Shown: positions 31,517 to 42,122 of the stretch, in pieces
Numbering within the stretch: position 1 is the stretch's first letter
Layout: each line of letters opens with the position of its first letter
IMG/VR virus record: IMGVR_UViG_3300032330_002024
Location: 6,993 to 70,992 of that record
Length of the DNA stretch: 64,000 nt
Origin: a virus
Taxonomy: Duplodnaviria > Caudoviricetes
Direction: 5' to 3' (one strand)
Notes under the pieces: model-generated
What the model was told of the DNA's origin: nothing
Seen by the model: the letters and a program-made list of their open reading frames with translations, nothing else
The model's database searches: none
Position numbers and translations under genes: made by a program

Positions 31517-32425
31517 ATGGCAACAGGCACATATGGTACAATAAGACCGTCAGACGTTTCACCCGAAGATGTTGATATAATAATGTTATATACTCCATCA
31601 AGAGACGAAACTGATAATTTTGTTTTGACAAAATTAAATTCAGTTTCTTTATTGAAACCATACTTTAATAATGCTCAAACAGGTGGAAATACTGATGTTG
31701 AAGTTTTAGGTGGGTTATATAATTTAAAATTACCCGCTGACCAATTCAATAAACTTGGAATTTACACCCTTTATTTGAGACCAACTGAAATAAGAACTAC
31801 AATTTTAGATTGTGGTGTTTTATCCGCATTACCAAATGTTAGAGGTTTAGTTATAGATTTAAGTGCAGTACCAACAGAATTTAGAAATAGATTCATAAAT
31901 CAAGGATTAATTGGTTACAGAATTGAGTATCTAAATGATAATGGTACAAAGATACCAAATTTTTTCAGAATAATAACATCATGTTTTTATTGTGAACCTG
32001 TTGTACAAAATTTAACAAATACTACTGCAAAAGCGGTTAGATATAGATACACTGATAATAATACAAATTTAATTTTTTGTACTCTAACACCATCTACCGC
32101 ACCAACAAATAAACCAAACGCTATCCCATATATTGGGCAACCAAATCAAAATGTTGTAATTACAAATACTTTTTTCAATCCAATTACAATTGATATTGAA
32201 ATTGCTGACCAAGACTTCTCAACTTTAGCGATTGCTCTTTATGGTAATCAGACCAAGTCTATGGATGATGGAATTTATACAATTTACGATTCAAGTAATA
32301 ACATTTATAAGCAATATAACTTGTATGAAATCAGAGACCAATTTAATAACTTGTTATATGAAGTGAGACAAGATAGAGGTAATAACATTGATTTTAGTAA
32401 AAACTTTACAAATATAACTCAATAA
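31517..32425 (+). CDS. Putative baseplate structural protein (302 aa)
   Basis: Between PKD protein and gpI-like wedge gene; stop/start overlap with next gene. Confidence 0.5.
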   Translation: MATGTYGTIRPSDVSPEDVDIIMLYTPSRDETDNFVLTKLNSVSLLKPYFNNAQTGGNTDVEVLGGLYNLKLPADQFNKLGIYTLYLRPTEIRTTILDCGVLSALPNVRGLVIDLSAVPTEFRNRFINQGLIGYRIEYLNDNGTKIPNFFRIITSCFYCEPVVQNLTNTTAKAVRYRYTDNNTNLIFCTLTPSTAPTNKPNAIPYIGQPNQNVVITNTFFNPITIDIEIADQDFSTLAIALYGNQTKSMDDGIYTIYDSSNNIYKQYNLYEIRDQFNNLLYEVRQDRGNNIDFSKNFTNITQ

Positions 32426-35400
32426 TGGCTGTTAAAAAATTTGCGTGTCCCCCGATTGCCGCAACTGGAAGTGGTTCATTTTCAGATGATTTAGTTGGTT
32501 TCCAATTAGTTCAAGGAGGAGGACTTACTCAAGGTAATTTTGAATTTACAGTTGGTGTTACTGAAAAAACCAATAGAGAATTTTACACTGGTGTTTTTTC
32601 AGACCCAGTGAATTTAAAATCTATGGGTGTTGAAAGTGTTGCACAATCTAAAGTAATATTTGAAAATAATTTTAAAGTATACCCAAACTATGATTTAAGT
32701 GAAGTTACCAATTTTACTTTATATGGTTCAATGACGAAAAGAATATCTACGTCTGTTACAACTATTATAAATTATTTTCCGGCAGCATTAGAAATGCAGT
32801 TTATTGGTATTAATTACACCACAGGAACAACATCGTCTAATGTTGTATTTGATTCAATTGAAAATACTACAAAATTTGATTTAGATTTATCAAGAATTAG
32901 AAATCCATTTGGTATTGATTTCACAATAAATTCTAAACGAAATTTATCTCTTAAAGAAGTTCAAGTATCAACTTTAAGAGATATGACTAATGAATATAAA
33001 AAATATTCATTATTCTATTTAGGTAACGAATTTCCTTTAATTTTATTACTACCTACAACATCTCTGACATCTGGTTTATTGACAATATATGTTCAAGGAA
33101 ACCCATTCTCAGGTCAAACTCAAGTATTTAATGATATTATAGTTAGACCTAATGATTATGAGGTTAATAAAGTTTTTAATGAAAGTTTAGATGATGTTGA
33201 AAATTTTATTTTAAATAGAACCTCAGTTCCTAAATATACTGCACAATTTAAAATACCTCAAATAAGTAATGGGGGTCAATATTCGGTAACAAGTACATTT
33301 ATTACATGGCCAATATCAGGAAAGTGGAATTTAGATATTGTCTCAAGTATCTTTACTACATACTTAACAAAATTAAATGCTATAAGTGAAGATTTTGATT
33401 CATATCGTACAAATTTAATTGCTAGATTTTTAACTACTGACGCATTTAAAGAGTTTGATACTGTCGGGCAAAAAATGCAAAAAGTTTTACAAATTTATGG
33501 TAGAAGTTTTGATGAAATAAATAAATTCATTAATGCGTTGGCGTTTATGAATTCTGTTCATTATAATACTGGAAATGATATACCATCACAATTATTAAAA
33601 AATTTAGCTCAAACTTTGGGTTGGAATACCGCAATTTCACCAATTAGTAATGATAACTTTTTGAATTCTGTGTTTGGAGGTACTGATAGTGGTGTTTCTC
33701 ATTTTGCTGGTTTACCGACACAACAAACACCTGACGAATTAAACTATCAGTTTTATAAGAATTTAATTTTAAATTCCGCTTTTCTTTTCAAGTCAAAAGG
33801 TACAAGAAAATCTATTGAAGTTTTATTAAGATTAATTGGAGCCCCCGATGCTCTTGTTGAATTTAATGAATATGTTTATTTGGCTGACCAAAGAATTAAT
33901 ATGAGTAGTTTTGAAACACAATATGCTCAAATTTCTGGAGGTACTTACTCTCAAGAAATTCCTGTATTAAATCCCGCAGATGTTTTCACTATTTTTGGGG
34001 TTCCTTATACAGGAACAACAACTACTACCTCATATGAGGATGTTAATTTTGCTATTTCGGAATATCCTGTAGATGATGAAGGGTATCCGTCAGTACCTGA
34101 ACCAAGTGATAGTTATTATTTTCAGATAGGTGCGGGATGGTTTGAATCTACCCCAAAACATAGGTCACCCGAACAAATAAATTTAACTAACGCTGTATTT
34201 ACAGGTTCAAACCCAAATTATCAGACTAGTTTAATACCGTTTTCATATGGTCAAATTTATTTGAATAGATTTAGATATTTCCCTTACACAAAATTAGGTT
34301 TTAATTTAAGAGAAACTATAGATAATAATAAAAGTTGGACTAACAATGAAATAGGATTAAGAACAAATTTAGATGCTGGATATAATTCAAGGTATGTTAC
34401 AGATGATGACCGTTTAGTTTTAAATGTTAAGAATACTGAAATATTTCTAAATCCAGCTCAAGGACTTGCTTATGACGTGTGGTACATGTCAAGACAATAT
34501 AATTATCCAATCCCAAATCAAGGATTGAAATATATACCACCAACACCATGTAATCCAAATCCCGTTTCCAACTATCCTATTAGAGGGGGAGTTGACTGGA
34601 CGGAGATTAACCCTAGACCGGGAAGAAAAACATTTTTTGAGTTTGCCCAAACTTTTTGGTTGAACATGATTAATGTTAGAAATAGACAACATGTTAGTGA
34701 TGGTAAGACAGGTGGTTACCCGACGTTACAATCGATATATTGGAAATACCTCCAATCAGAAGAAAATATTGGTATTGCTAATGATAACTTTACATATCAA
34801 ACAATGATTCAATATGTTGAGGGGTTAGGTGATTATTGGGTTCGTTTGATTGAACAATTAGTTCCGGCTACAACAATATGGAATACTGGTTTAAAATACG
34901 AGAACTCAATTTTCCACAGACAAAAATTTGTTTATAGAAGACAAAGTGGTTGTCAATTAATACCGATTCCTTGTAATCCATGTTCACTTACTGCAAATAT
35001 TTTCAGTAATGATTGTCCTCTTGAATCTGTAGAATGTTCTAAATATCCTTGGATGGTTAGTACAACAATACAAGATTTCACAGGTGTTTTAGGTGTTTTA
35101 TTAAATAACTATTTGACCTCAAATGGATATATTTTGAATGATTGTGTTGTTAATAGTTTAAATACTGAATGGTTTGTTGATTTAAGATTAAATGACGTAC
35201 CTGTGGTTACTGAAAGTTTCTTTAATGGTATTGGTTATAATACACCAGGATTGAGTAATCCTACAACAACGGATTGGGATAATGCTTTAGTAACCGCTTT
35301 AGATAGTTTATCTTCACTTGGTTATGATTATTATTTAACAAATGAAGATACCATAATTATATATGGTACCGTGTGTGGTTTGGATTTAAATGATTTAAAT

Positions 35401-35445
35401 TTCAAATTGAACATAGGGATAAATTTTAATATTTTATGTAGTTAA
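32425..35445 (+). CDS. Baseplate wedge protein with P2 gpI / T4 gp7-like domain
   Basis: IPSQLLKNLAQTLGW..FYKNLILNSAFLFKSKGTRKSIEVLLRLIG..EFNE is the gpI-family KGT motif. Confidence 0.7.
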   Translation: MAVKKFACPPIAATGSGSFSDDLVGFQLVQGGGLTQGNFEFTVGVTEKTNREFYTGVFSDPVNLKSMGVESVAQSKVIFENNFKVYPNYDLSEVTNFTLYGSMTKRISTSVTTIINYFPAALEMQFIGINYTTGTTSSNVVFDSIENTTKFDLDLSRIRNPFGIDFTINSKRNLSLKEVQVSTLRDMTNEYKKYSLFYLGNEFPLILLLPTTSLTSGLLTIYVQGNPFSGQTQVFNDIIVRPNDYEVNKVFNESLDDVENFILNRTSVPKYTAQFKIPQISNGGQYSVTSTFITWPISGKWNLDIVSSIFTTYLTKLNAISEDFDSYRTNLIARFLTTDAFKEFDTVGQKMQKVLQIYGRSFDEINKFINALAFMNSVHYNTGNDIPSQLLKNLAQTLGWNTAISPISNDNFLNSVFGGTDSGVSHFAGLPTQQTPDELNYQFYKNLILNSAFLFKSKGTRKSIEVLLRLIGAPDALVEFNEYVYLADQRINMSSFETQYAQISGGTYSQEIPVLNPADVFTIFGVPYTGTTTTTSYEDVNFAISEYPVDDEGYPSVPEPSDSYYFQIGAGWFESTPKHRSPEQINLTNAVFTGSNPNYQTSLIPFSYGQIYLNRFRYFPYTKLGFNLRETIDNNKSWTNNEIGLRTNLDAGYNSRYVTDDDRLVLNVKNTEIFLNPAQGLAYDVWYMSRQYNYPIPNQGLKYIPPTPCNPNPVSNYPIRGGVDWTEINPRPGRKTFFEFAQTFWLNMINVRNRQHVSDGKTGGYPTLQSIYWKYLQSEENIGIANDNFTYQTMIQYVEGLGDYWVRLIEQLVPATTIWNTGLKYENSIFHRQKFVYRRQSGCQLIPIPCNPCSLTANIFSNDCPLESVECSKYPWMVSTTIQDFTGVLGVLLNNYLTSNGYILNDCVVNSLNTEWFVDLRLNDVPVVTESFFNGIGYNTPGLSNPTTTDWDNALVTALDSLSSLGYDYYLTNEDTIIIYGTVCGLDLNDLNFKLNIGINFNILCS

Positions 35446-37586
35446 TGTCAATTTGTAGTCTAATATATAGTGCGAGTGTTACTGGTGACTGTAGTAATAC
35501 TGGAGTTGGAAGTTTTTTAATTGATATAATTGGTTCAGCTCCTGATTACACAATAACTTGGGTCAATCCTGCGTATGGTACAGGACCGTTATCACCTGGT
35601 CAAACAACTTATGGGTTAACAGGACTATATGCTGACACATATGTTTTTTACATTAATGATTCTTGTTTACCATCATCAACATCTGTATTAGTAAGTATTC
35701 CAATTTCAAGTGGTACTTGTTGTTCGATTGAACATCAAAATACGTTGTGTGGATTAAATAATGGTTCAATAACTGCTACTACATCTAATTTTTATGGTAA
35801 TGCTAGTTTTTATCTATATGAAACAACAGATGGATATATAACATCGGGTAGTAGTTTAACCCAAAATTATACCTTTACTAATTTATCTGCGGGAACATAT
35901 TACGTTGTTGCGAATGATGGGGGTGGATGTACAGGTTCAAGTCAAAGTTGTGTCGTGAAATCATCAACAACGGTTACTTTTGGATTATATGTTGTTAATG
36001 ATTCAGGTTGTTCACCTGGTTTAGGTAAAATATATATTACAGGATTAACAGGTAATCCACCATTTTCTTATTTGTGGTCAAATGGTGAAACAACAAATTT
36101 CATTTCAGGTTTAACATCAGGTCCTTATTCAGTTACAGTTACTGATGGTACTGGTTGTTCACAAGGTCTTGGTACGTTAGTTAATTTTGTTCCACCATTA
36201 GGGTTAGGGTCTTTCATGTCAGTAAGTCCGACTTGTTTTAATTCAGATGGTGAGTTAACGGTAACAGTTACTGGTGGTACCTCTCCATATTATTTTTCAG
36301 GTTCTAATGGTGATAGTTCAATTACTTTTAGTAACTCGTATACATTTACTAATTTAAGTGGTGGATACTTTGGTGTATATGTAGTGGATGCGGGACTATG
36401 TATATTAAATGTGGGTACATCTATTTTAACACCTGGTGGGTTTAGTTTAGTATCCTTAACAACAAGTGATTCAATTTGTGGTAATAATGTTGGTAGTATT
36501 AATATTACATTACTTGGAGGTTCGCCACCATATGTTTATTCTATTACTGGTACATCAGGTAATATTACAACAATTAGTTCATTAAGTCCAAATTATAGTT
36601 TTATAGGATTATCTGCGGATACTTATTCTTTACAAATTTCGGATAATGGACCATGTGTTTATTATGATACTATTACAATTAACACTGTTAATAATATTGA
36701 TTTATATCATAACGTAACTGGAACAACCTGTGAATTGAACAATGGTTCTATTGAACTTTATTTGAGCGGAGGTACGGGTCCTTACACATATGGAATTAAT
36801 GGTAGTTCAGTTGTTACAGCTCAAAGTGCAGTCACATTTACTAATTTATATTCAGGTAATTATTTAGGTACCGTTACTGATAGTTTAGGTTGCACGGTTA
36901 ATCAATGGGTTATTGTTAATAATGTTTCAAACATTGATTTCATTTTATCAGGTGTTGACCCTACAACAGGTAATGATGGAACAATATCGGTATTCATAAC
37001 TGATGGGACACCACTTTTTAATATTGTTTGGAGTGATAATGTTAATGGACAAACAGGTTTAGAAATAAACAGTTTAACTGCTGGTACATATAGTGTTACA
37101 ATTACTGATAGTTACGGTTGTACTTTATCAAGAACAATCGATTTAATTGGTTATAATAATCTAGTTTCATATGAGGTTTTCAACATATGTGATTCAACGT
37201 TTAACAGTAATGGTATAAACATCAAGAAAGGACCTCAACAGATGTTAAATGAAGGGTTTTATGACTTAACAACTGGTGATACAATATGTATTTTAAATAG
37301 TGCAATTTTTATTGCTCAAGTGACTATAAGTGGTATTACAACTGAACAATCTTTTTATACAGGTTATACTTTAAATGATTATCCGGCGGATAATCAATTT
37401 TACGATGTTGTTACAACATTAATAAATGCTTTTCCTGGTATCGATAATGTTATTGTTGACCCTATAAATAATTCAATTACAATAAATGCAGGATGTACTG
37501 ACCAAACTGTGAGTTTATCAGATGTTTCAGTAATCATTACATTAAAGATTGATTACGATATTTCTTGTGTTGAATGTGAACCATAA
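35445..37586 (+). CDS. Tail fibre/adhesin with about 7 SprB-type Ig-like repeats
   Basis: Repeats C..NG.I...TGG..PY.Y.W/S..G...GL..G.YSVTVTD..GC, e.g. GNPPFSYLWSNGETTNFISGLTSGPYSVTVTDGTGC. Confidence 0.8.
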   Translation: MSICSLIYSASVTGDCSNTGVGSFLIDIIGSAPDYTITWVNPAYGTGPLSPGQTTYGLTGLYADTYVFYINDSCLPSSTSVLVSIPISSGTCCSIEHQNTLCGLNNGSITATTSNFYGNASFYLYETTDGYITSGSSLTQNYTFTNLSAGTYYVVANDGGGCTGSSQSCVVKSSTTVTFGLYVVNDSGCSPGLGKIYITGLTGNPPFSYLWSNGETTNFISGLTSGPYSVTVTDGTGCSQGLGTLVNFVPPLGLGSFMSVSPTCFNSDGELTVTVTGGTSPYYFSGSNGDSSITFSNSYTFTNLSGGYFGVYVVDAGLCILNVGTSILTPGGFSLVSLTTSDSICGNNVGSINITLLGGSPPYVYSITGTSGNITTISSLSPNYSFIGLSADTYSLQISDNGPCVYYDTITINTVNNIDLYHNVTGTTCELNNGSIELYLSGGTGPYTYGINGSSVVTAQSAVTFTNLYSGNYLGTVTDSLGCTVNQWVIVNNVSNIDFILSGVDPTTGNDGTISVFITDGTPLFNIVWSDNVNGQTGLEINSLTAGTYSVTITDSYGCTLSRTIDLIGYNNLVSYEVFNICDSTFNSNGINIKKGPQQMLNEGFYDLTTGDTICILNSAIFIAQVTISGITTEQSFYTGYTLNDYPADNQFYDVVTTLINAFPGIDNVIVDPINNSITINAGCTDQTVSLSDVSVIITLKIDYDISCVECEP

Positions 37587-37602
37587 TAATTATGAAAAGA
37601 AA

Positions 37603-38970
37603 ATGATACTAAAAAATGAACCAACATCTTATTTAACGGCAAACACGGAATGTGGGGTAGTTTATTTATTTCAAAATGAATGTGAACCCATTACGTTATA
37701 TCCGTTAGGTGCTGAATGTTTTGTAACAGATACAACTAAAATTGGTATTTCTGACGGTTCAATTTTTCTAACTGTAACAGGGGGTACACCTCCTTATTTT
37801 ATAGTTTGGAATAATGGTAATATTGGACCATATATTAATAATTTAGCTGCGGGGACATATACTGCTGTGGTCGTTGATTATTATGGTGATTTTTCAAGTA
37901 CAACAACTTGTACTGTTTTACAACCAACTGTACCACCAACACCAGGACCGACACCTACACCACCACCTTTACCAAATACTATAGAGTTTTGTTTAGAATT
38001 AGATTTACAAAATTGTGCATTTACAAGTTTACACTTTAATCCAAATGGGTCTTTTAACGGTCAATACGCTTGGGTTGATGATAGTTTTGTTTATTCAATT
38101 TATTGGGATGGTGATAAATGGGTATTAGATTCGTGGAATTGTTATACAGTAATTAATAACAATCCTGCTTCACCACCAATTACAGGATGGTCAATTTTAG
38201 GAACTACAGGTTCTGTAACAGGATATTTAGGTTCTTGTACCCCATTGAGTTCACTTCAAATGAAAGTCATGTCAAATGACCCAATAAAAGGTTCTGATGG
38301 TAATATTGTTATAACCGCTAAAGATGGTAATCCTCCATATCAATATTCTATTGACGGTGGGACTACATATCAAACATCTCCTATATTCAAAGGTTTAAAG
38401 TCAGGAGTATATGCGGTACAAAGTCAAGATTCAAGTGGTAATACTGTGTATGATTCTGTTACTTTGAAAACACCATTACCATCAATAACATATTCAGTTT
38501 CTTTAAAAACTGTTTCAAGAATTTTATCTTATACATTAACAACATACTCTGTTGAATATACTACGACAATTGATGTGTTTCCAACTTTACCAAGTGGTGT
38601 TACGATTAATTTTGATTTGATACATACTAATGATTCTGAAGTTTCACCTTCACTTACATCATCAACGATTTCAACAAGTAGTGTTTTAACTAAAAACATG
38701 GTAGTCGTTCCACAAACGACAACTGTAACAACAGGTGAAACTAAAAATGGTTTGGTTTTATGTGGTTCACAAACTGTTTATCTAACTTCAGAAAGTGATA
38801 CATGGTTAACTCAAAGTTTAAATAATACTGATAGTTTATATATTACTACAACGACTACTAAAATTAGAAATACTAATGATATTTGTTATGTTTCTAACTC
38901 AAATGATACATACTCTATTTATAATGTGACTATTTTGGGATGTAGTCCATGTAATGTGATTGTTAGTTAA
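37603..38970 (+). CDS. Tail fibre/adhesin with SprB-type repeats and Pro/Thr linker
   Basis: Probable ATG at 37603 (track 37549). TVTGGTPPYFIVWNNG..NLAAGTYTAVVVD; KDGNPPYQYSIDGGTTYQTSPIFKGLKSGVY; PTPGPTPTPPP. Confidence 0.75.
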   Translation: MILKNEPTSYLTANTECGVVYLFQNECEPITLYPLGAECFVTDTTKIGISDGSIFLTVTGGTPPYFIVWNNGNIGPYINNLAAGTYTAVVVDYYGDFSSTTTCTVLQPTVPPTPGPTPTPPPLPNTIEFCLELDLQNCAFTSLHFNPNGSFNGQYAWVDDSFVYSIYWDGDKWVLDSWNCYTVINNNPASPPITGWSILGTTGSVTGYLGSCTPLSSLQMKVMSNDPIKGSDGNIVITAKDGNPPYQYSIDGGTTYQTSPIFKGLKSGVYAVQSQDSSGNTVYDSVTLKTPLPSITYSVSLKTVSRILSYTLTTYSVEYTTTIDVFPTLPSGVTINFDLIHTNDSEVSPSLTSSTISTSSVLTKNMVVVPQTTTVTTGETKNGLVLCGSQTVYLTSESDTWLTQSLNNTDSLYITTTTTKIRNTNDICYVSNSNDTYSIYNVTILGCSPCNVIVS

Positions 38971-38987
38971 AAAAATTAAAAAAAGGA

Positions 38988-38994
38988 TATTTAT
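38988..38994 (+). promoter_or_regulatory. TATTTAT motif, candidate late promoter
   Basis: 5 nt before ATG 39000. Confidence 0.5.
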
Positions 38995-38999
38995 ACACG

Positions 39000-41405
39000 A
39001 TGGGATATATTTTAAAAAATACTGCAGGATTAATAAATTCAAGATTAACGGACACTGGAAGATTAAAGTTGTCTCAAGGAAGTTTCAACATTTCTTACTT
39101 CCAAATTGGTGATAGTGAGGTTTCATATAACACACTCCCAAGTACTTATAATCAGTATGAAACAATGATTTTAGAGCCAAACTATAATTCTCAAAATTCA
39201 TCATATTATCCTGAAACTAACAAACAATACATAAAATATCCTTATTTTGTTGCAGGGTCAAAAGGTAATACTTACGGTATACCATTTATGGATTCATATG
39301 TGAGTTCTGTTTACAACAGAGCGGCTATGAGAGGATTTTTTACAGGTGATTTGACGGCAACGAATATTGATTGGAGTGCTAAAACAAATAGTAGTTATGT
39401 AATTAACTCAAATTATGTTGTTGATATGACAACATTAACTGGAGGGACTACAATAAAACTTATATATTCAGGTTGTAATACGGACATAGTTAGATTACCA
39501 CAAGTTGGTGATTTAGTTACAATTTATTATGATGGAGGTCAGGTTACTAATGGTTGTTATTGTGAGTCACCAACACCAACTCCAACACCATATGCAAGTC
39601 CTACACCAAGTTCGACTCCATTACCATCATTACCACCTTGTGATACACCAACACCTACACCGACACCTTCGTCAACAATTTGTGCATCACCTACACCAAA
39701 AAATTATTGTACACCAACACCAAAACCTGAGTGTGTAATTGATATTACTAATTGTTATCCTGTATTAACTTATAAAATTGTGTCAATATGTCTAAATGAA
39801 GTTACATTAGATAGAGCAACACCTGATTATAGTGTATTTTTACCAGGTTGTTATGGAAGAGCAATAATTTATCCATCAACAATGACTGAAATATATGATA
39901 GTTTAACACCAACTCCACATTGGAGAGATGATGTTATTAACTTTGAATCGATTTGTGATACTGACCAATTTGATGTTAAAATTTGGAATATGAATATTCC
40001 TTGGTCGGAAAATCCTGCAGGATTAATCTCGACAAGTTATGAAGATTATACTCAATTTGGTTCAATCAATTATTTGGGTTCTAAAGAGTATTTTGGATAT
40101 GCATCATCTTCAGGACAAACTGACACTGATTCGGTTTATTTCTTCAACTCTTTTTCTGATAAAATAGTGGTAACACCTGAAGAACAAAAATCTATTGCAA
40201 TAGTTCATTATACTAATCAAACTATTGATAATTTTTATGGTGAAAAATTTGCATTAGAACCATATGATGTTTCTAATCCTAATGATACAACAGGACAAGC
40301 TAGAAACTTTAGAGTTCATTTGCCTTGGTTAATGTGGCATAAGTCACCAATTTGTTGTAGTGGTCAAACATTTTGGGTTGACCCACCTGGATTTGAACAA
40401 CTTAATTTATTTGAAGTTCATTATTTGGAGTCAGATAAAAATTCTGATATGAATTTACCTGGACATAGGTATTATCATTTATGGGACACTAATATTAATA
40501 TTAATGGGTATCCTAATAGAGTCGGTAAGGTATTCCCTGATGATAAGATTATAATTTTTGATGATGAGGAAATCATTGCTGCGATGTCATATAAGTCTAA
40601 TCGAAATTGGACATTACCTGCACCAAGAGTCTCTTTAATCACCCCCAATACATGTGGAAATGAAAACCCTGTAAATGACGGTATTTTAAGTGATAATACC
40701 GAATATCTTTATGTTACTTATAGATTAGGTAATAGTAGTGGTTTTACTAATTATCTTCATTGTAACTATTATATGAAGACTCAAGGACCTAATCTTGATT
40801 GTACGACATCGGGTTCACAAAATGTTGCGGTAAGATTTGGAGCTGAGTTCTCTTGTTTAAATTATGTCCAAGAAATTCCTGCTACTCTTACAGGATTTAT
40901 TGCGGATACTTTTGAAATATTAGTGCAAAAAGTTGAAGGGGATGTTAGACCAAATTCTGCGGAATGGAAAGTGATAGATTTTTCTGACTCATTATCTGCA
41001 ACAACTGTTAATGGATATATTACTCAAAATAGTTTAACAGGAAATACTTTTGTTATAACTCAAGATTTATATAATTTGGCACCAACATATGATTTAAGTG
41101 ATTATATTGACTTAACATTACAAGGTTCAACAGGACAAACATTAAATTTTGGTGATGAGTATTATTTCTATGGTTCATTAGAAACTGATATTGAGGCAAC
41201 AATTTATGAAATGAGATATAAAATAAATTTAGGTCAAGCTGAATACCAAAACACTACTAACCCAACTTGGTTACCTGGAACTAAATCATACATTACAGAA
41301 ATTGGACTTTATGATTCTGAAAAAAATCTAATGATTGTGTCTAAAATGCAATCACCAGTTTTAAGAACAGGTATACAACAGTTTTTGGTGAAGTTTGATT
41401 TTTAA
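39000..41405 (+). CDS. Tail-collar/fibre-attachment-type protein with Pro/Thr/Cys insertion
   Basis: N-terminal RLTDTGRLKLSQG..ISYFQIGDSE and C-terminal ITEIGLYDSEKNLMIVSK..P resemble the P2 gpH N-terminal/tail-collar fibre domain. Confidence 0.6.
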   Translation: MGYILKNTAGLINSRLTDTGRLKLSQGSFNISYFQIGDSEVSYNTLPSTYNQYETMILEPNYNSQNSSYYPETNKQYIKYPYFVAGSKGNTYGIPFMDSYVSSVYNRAAMRGFFTGDLTATNIDWSAKTNSSYVINSNYVVDMTTLTGGTTIKLIYSGCNTDIVRLPQVGDLVTIYYDGGQVTNGCYCESPTPTPTPYASPTPSSTPLPSLPPCDTPTPTPTPSSTICASPTPKNYCTPTPKPECVIDITNCYPVLTYKIVSICLNEVTLDRATPDYSVFLPGCYGRAIIYPSTMTEIYDSLTPTPHWRDDVINFESICDTDQFDVKIWNMNIPWSENPAGLISTSYEDYTQFGSINYLGSKEYFGYASSSGQTDTDSVYFFNSFSDKIVVTPEEQKSIAIVHYTNQTIDNFYGEKFALEPYDVSNPNDTTGQARNFRVHLPWLMWHKSPICCSGQTFWVDPPGFEQLNLFEVHYLESDKNSDMNLPGHRYYHLWDTNININGYPNRVGKVFPDDKIIIFDDEEIIAAMSYKSNRNWTLPAPRVSLITPNTCGNENPVNDGILSDNTEYLYVTYRLGNSSGFTNYLHCNYYMKTQGPNLDCTTSGSQNVAVRFGAEFSCLNYVQEIPATLTGFIADTFEILVQKVEGDVRPNSAEWKVIDFSDSLSATTVNGYITQNSLTGNTFVITQDLYNLAPTYDLSDYIDLTLQGSTGQTLNFGDEYYFYGSLETDIEATIYEMRYKINLGQAEYQNTTNPTWLPGTKSYITEIGLYDSEKNLMIVSKMQSPVLRTGIQQFLVKFDF

Positions 41406-41515
41406 TCTCTTTAACTTAAATAGCTTTACTATTTTAACATCTTTACGAATTTTATATAAAATAATATTCAATAGGTGTAACCTTATTACCTATAAAAGGA
41501 TAATCAAATTATATA

Positions 41516-42118
41516 ATGAGTAAAAATAGATTAAAGGAAAGCCCAAAAGTATTGGGATTAGACGTATCAACTCGCACAATAGGATGGGCATTATTTGATA
41601 TACAAACAAAAGAATTACTAGAGTTAACTCATGTTTCACCTGTTCCTAAACCAAAAGAGGATAACAAAACTAAAGAACTTATCCTGAAGAGTGAGATTTT
41701 CAAAACAAAATTAGCACAATATAAAGATTTAGGTATTACTAAAGTTATTATTGAGGAACCATTATTGAATAGTAATAACGTATATACTATTCAAACATTA
41801 TTAAGATTTAACACTTTAATTACCAAACAAATCTATGACGTTTTGGGTATTGTACCTGAATATATTTCAACATACAACTCAAGAAAATTAGCGTTTCCTG
41901 AATTAGTTCAAAAGAACGATAAAAATAAAATGGTATTATTTGGTGGTTTCCCAAAAGATTGTGATAAGAAACAAATAATTTGGGATTTAGTTGCAAAAAA
42001 AGAACCACAAATTCAGTGGCAATACACAAGAAACAATACTCTTAAAAAGGAAAACTTTGACCAAACCGATGCTTATACCTGTGTTTTAGGTTTTATGAAT
42101 CAGGAAAATATTTGGTAA
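41516..42118 (+). CDS. ruvC: RuvC-like Holliday junction resolvase
   Basis: VLGLDVSTRTIGWA, VIIEE, DQTDA acidic catalytic set. Confidence 0.8.
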   Translation: MSKNRLKESPKVLGLDVSTRTIGWALFDIQTKELLELTHVSPVPKPKEDNKTKELILKSEIFKTKLAQYKDLGITKVIIEEPLLNSNNVYTIQTLLRFNTLITKQIYDVLGIVPEYISTYNSRKLAFPELVQKNDKNKMVLFGGFPKDCDKKQIIWDLVAKKEPQIQWQYTRNNTLKKENFDQTDAYTCVLGFMNQENIW

Positions 42119-42122
42119 AAAA

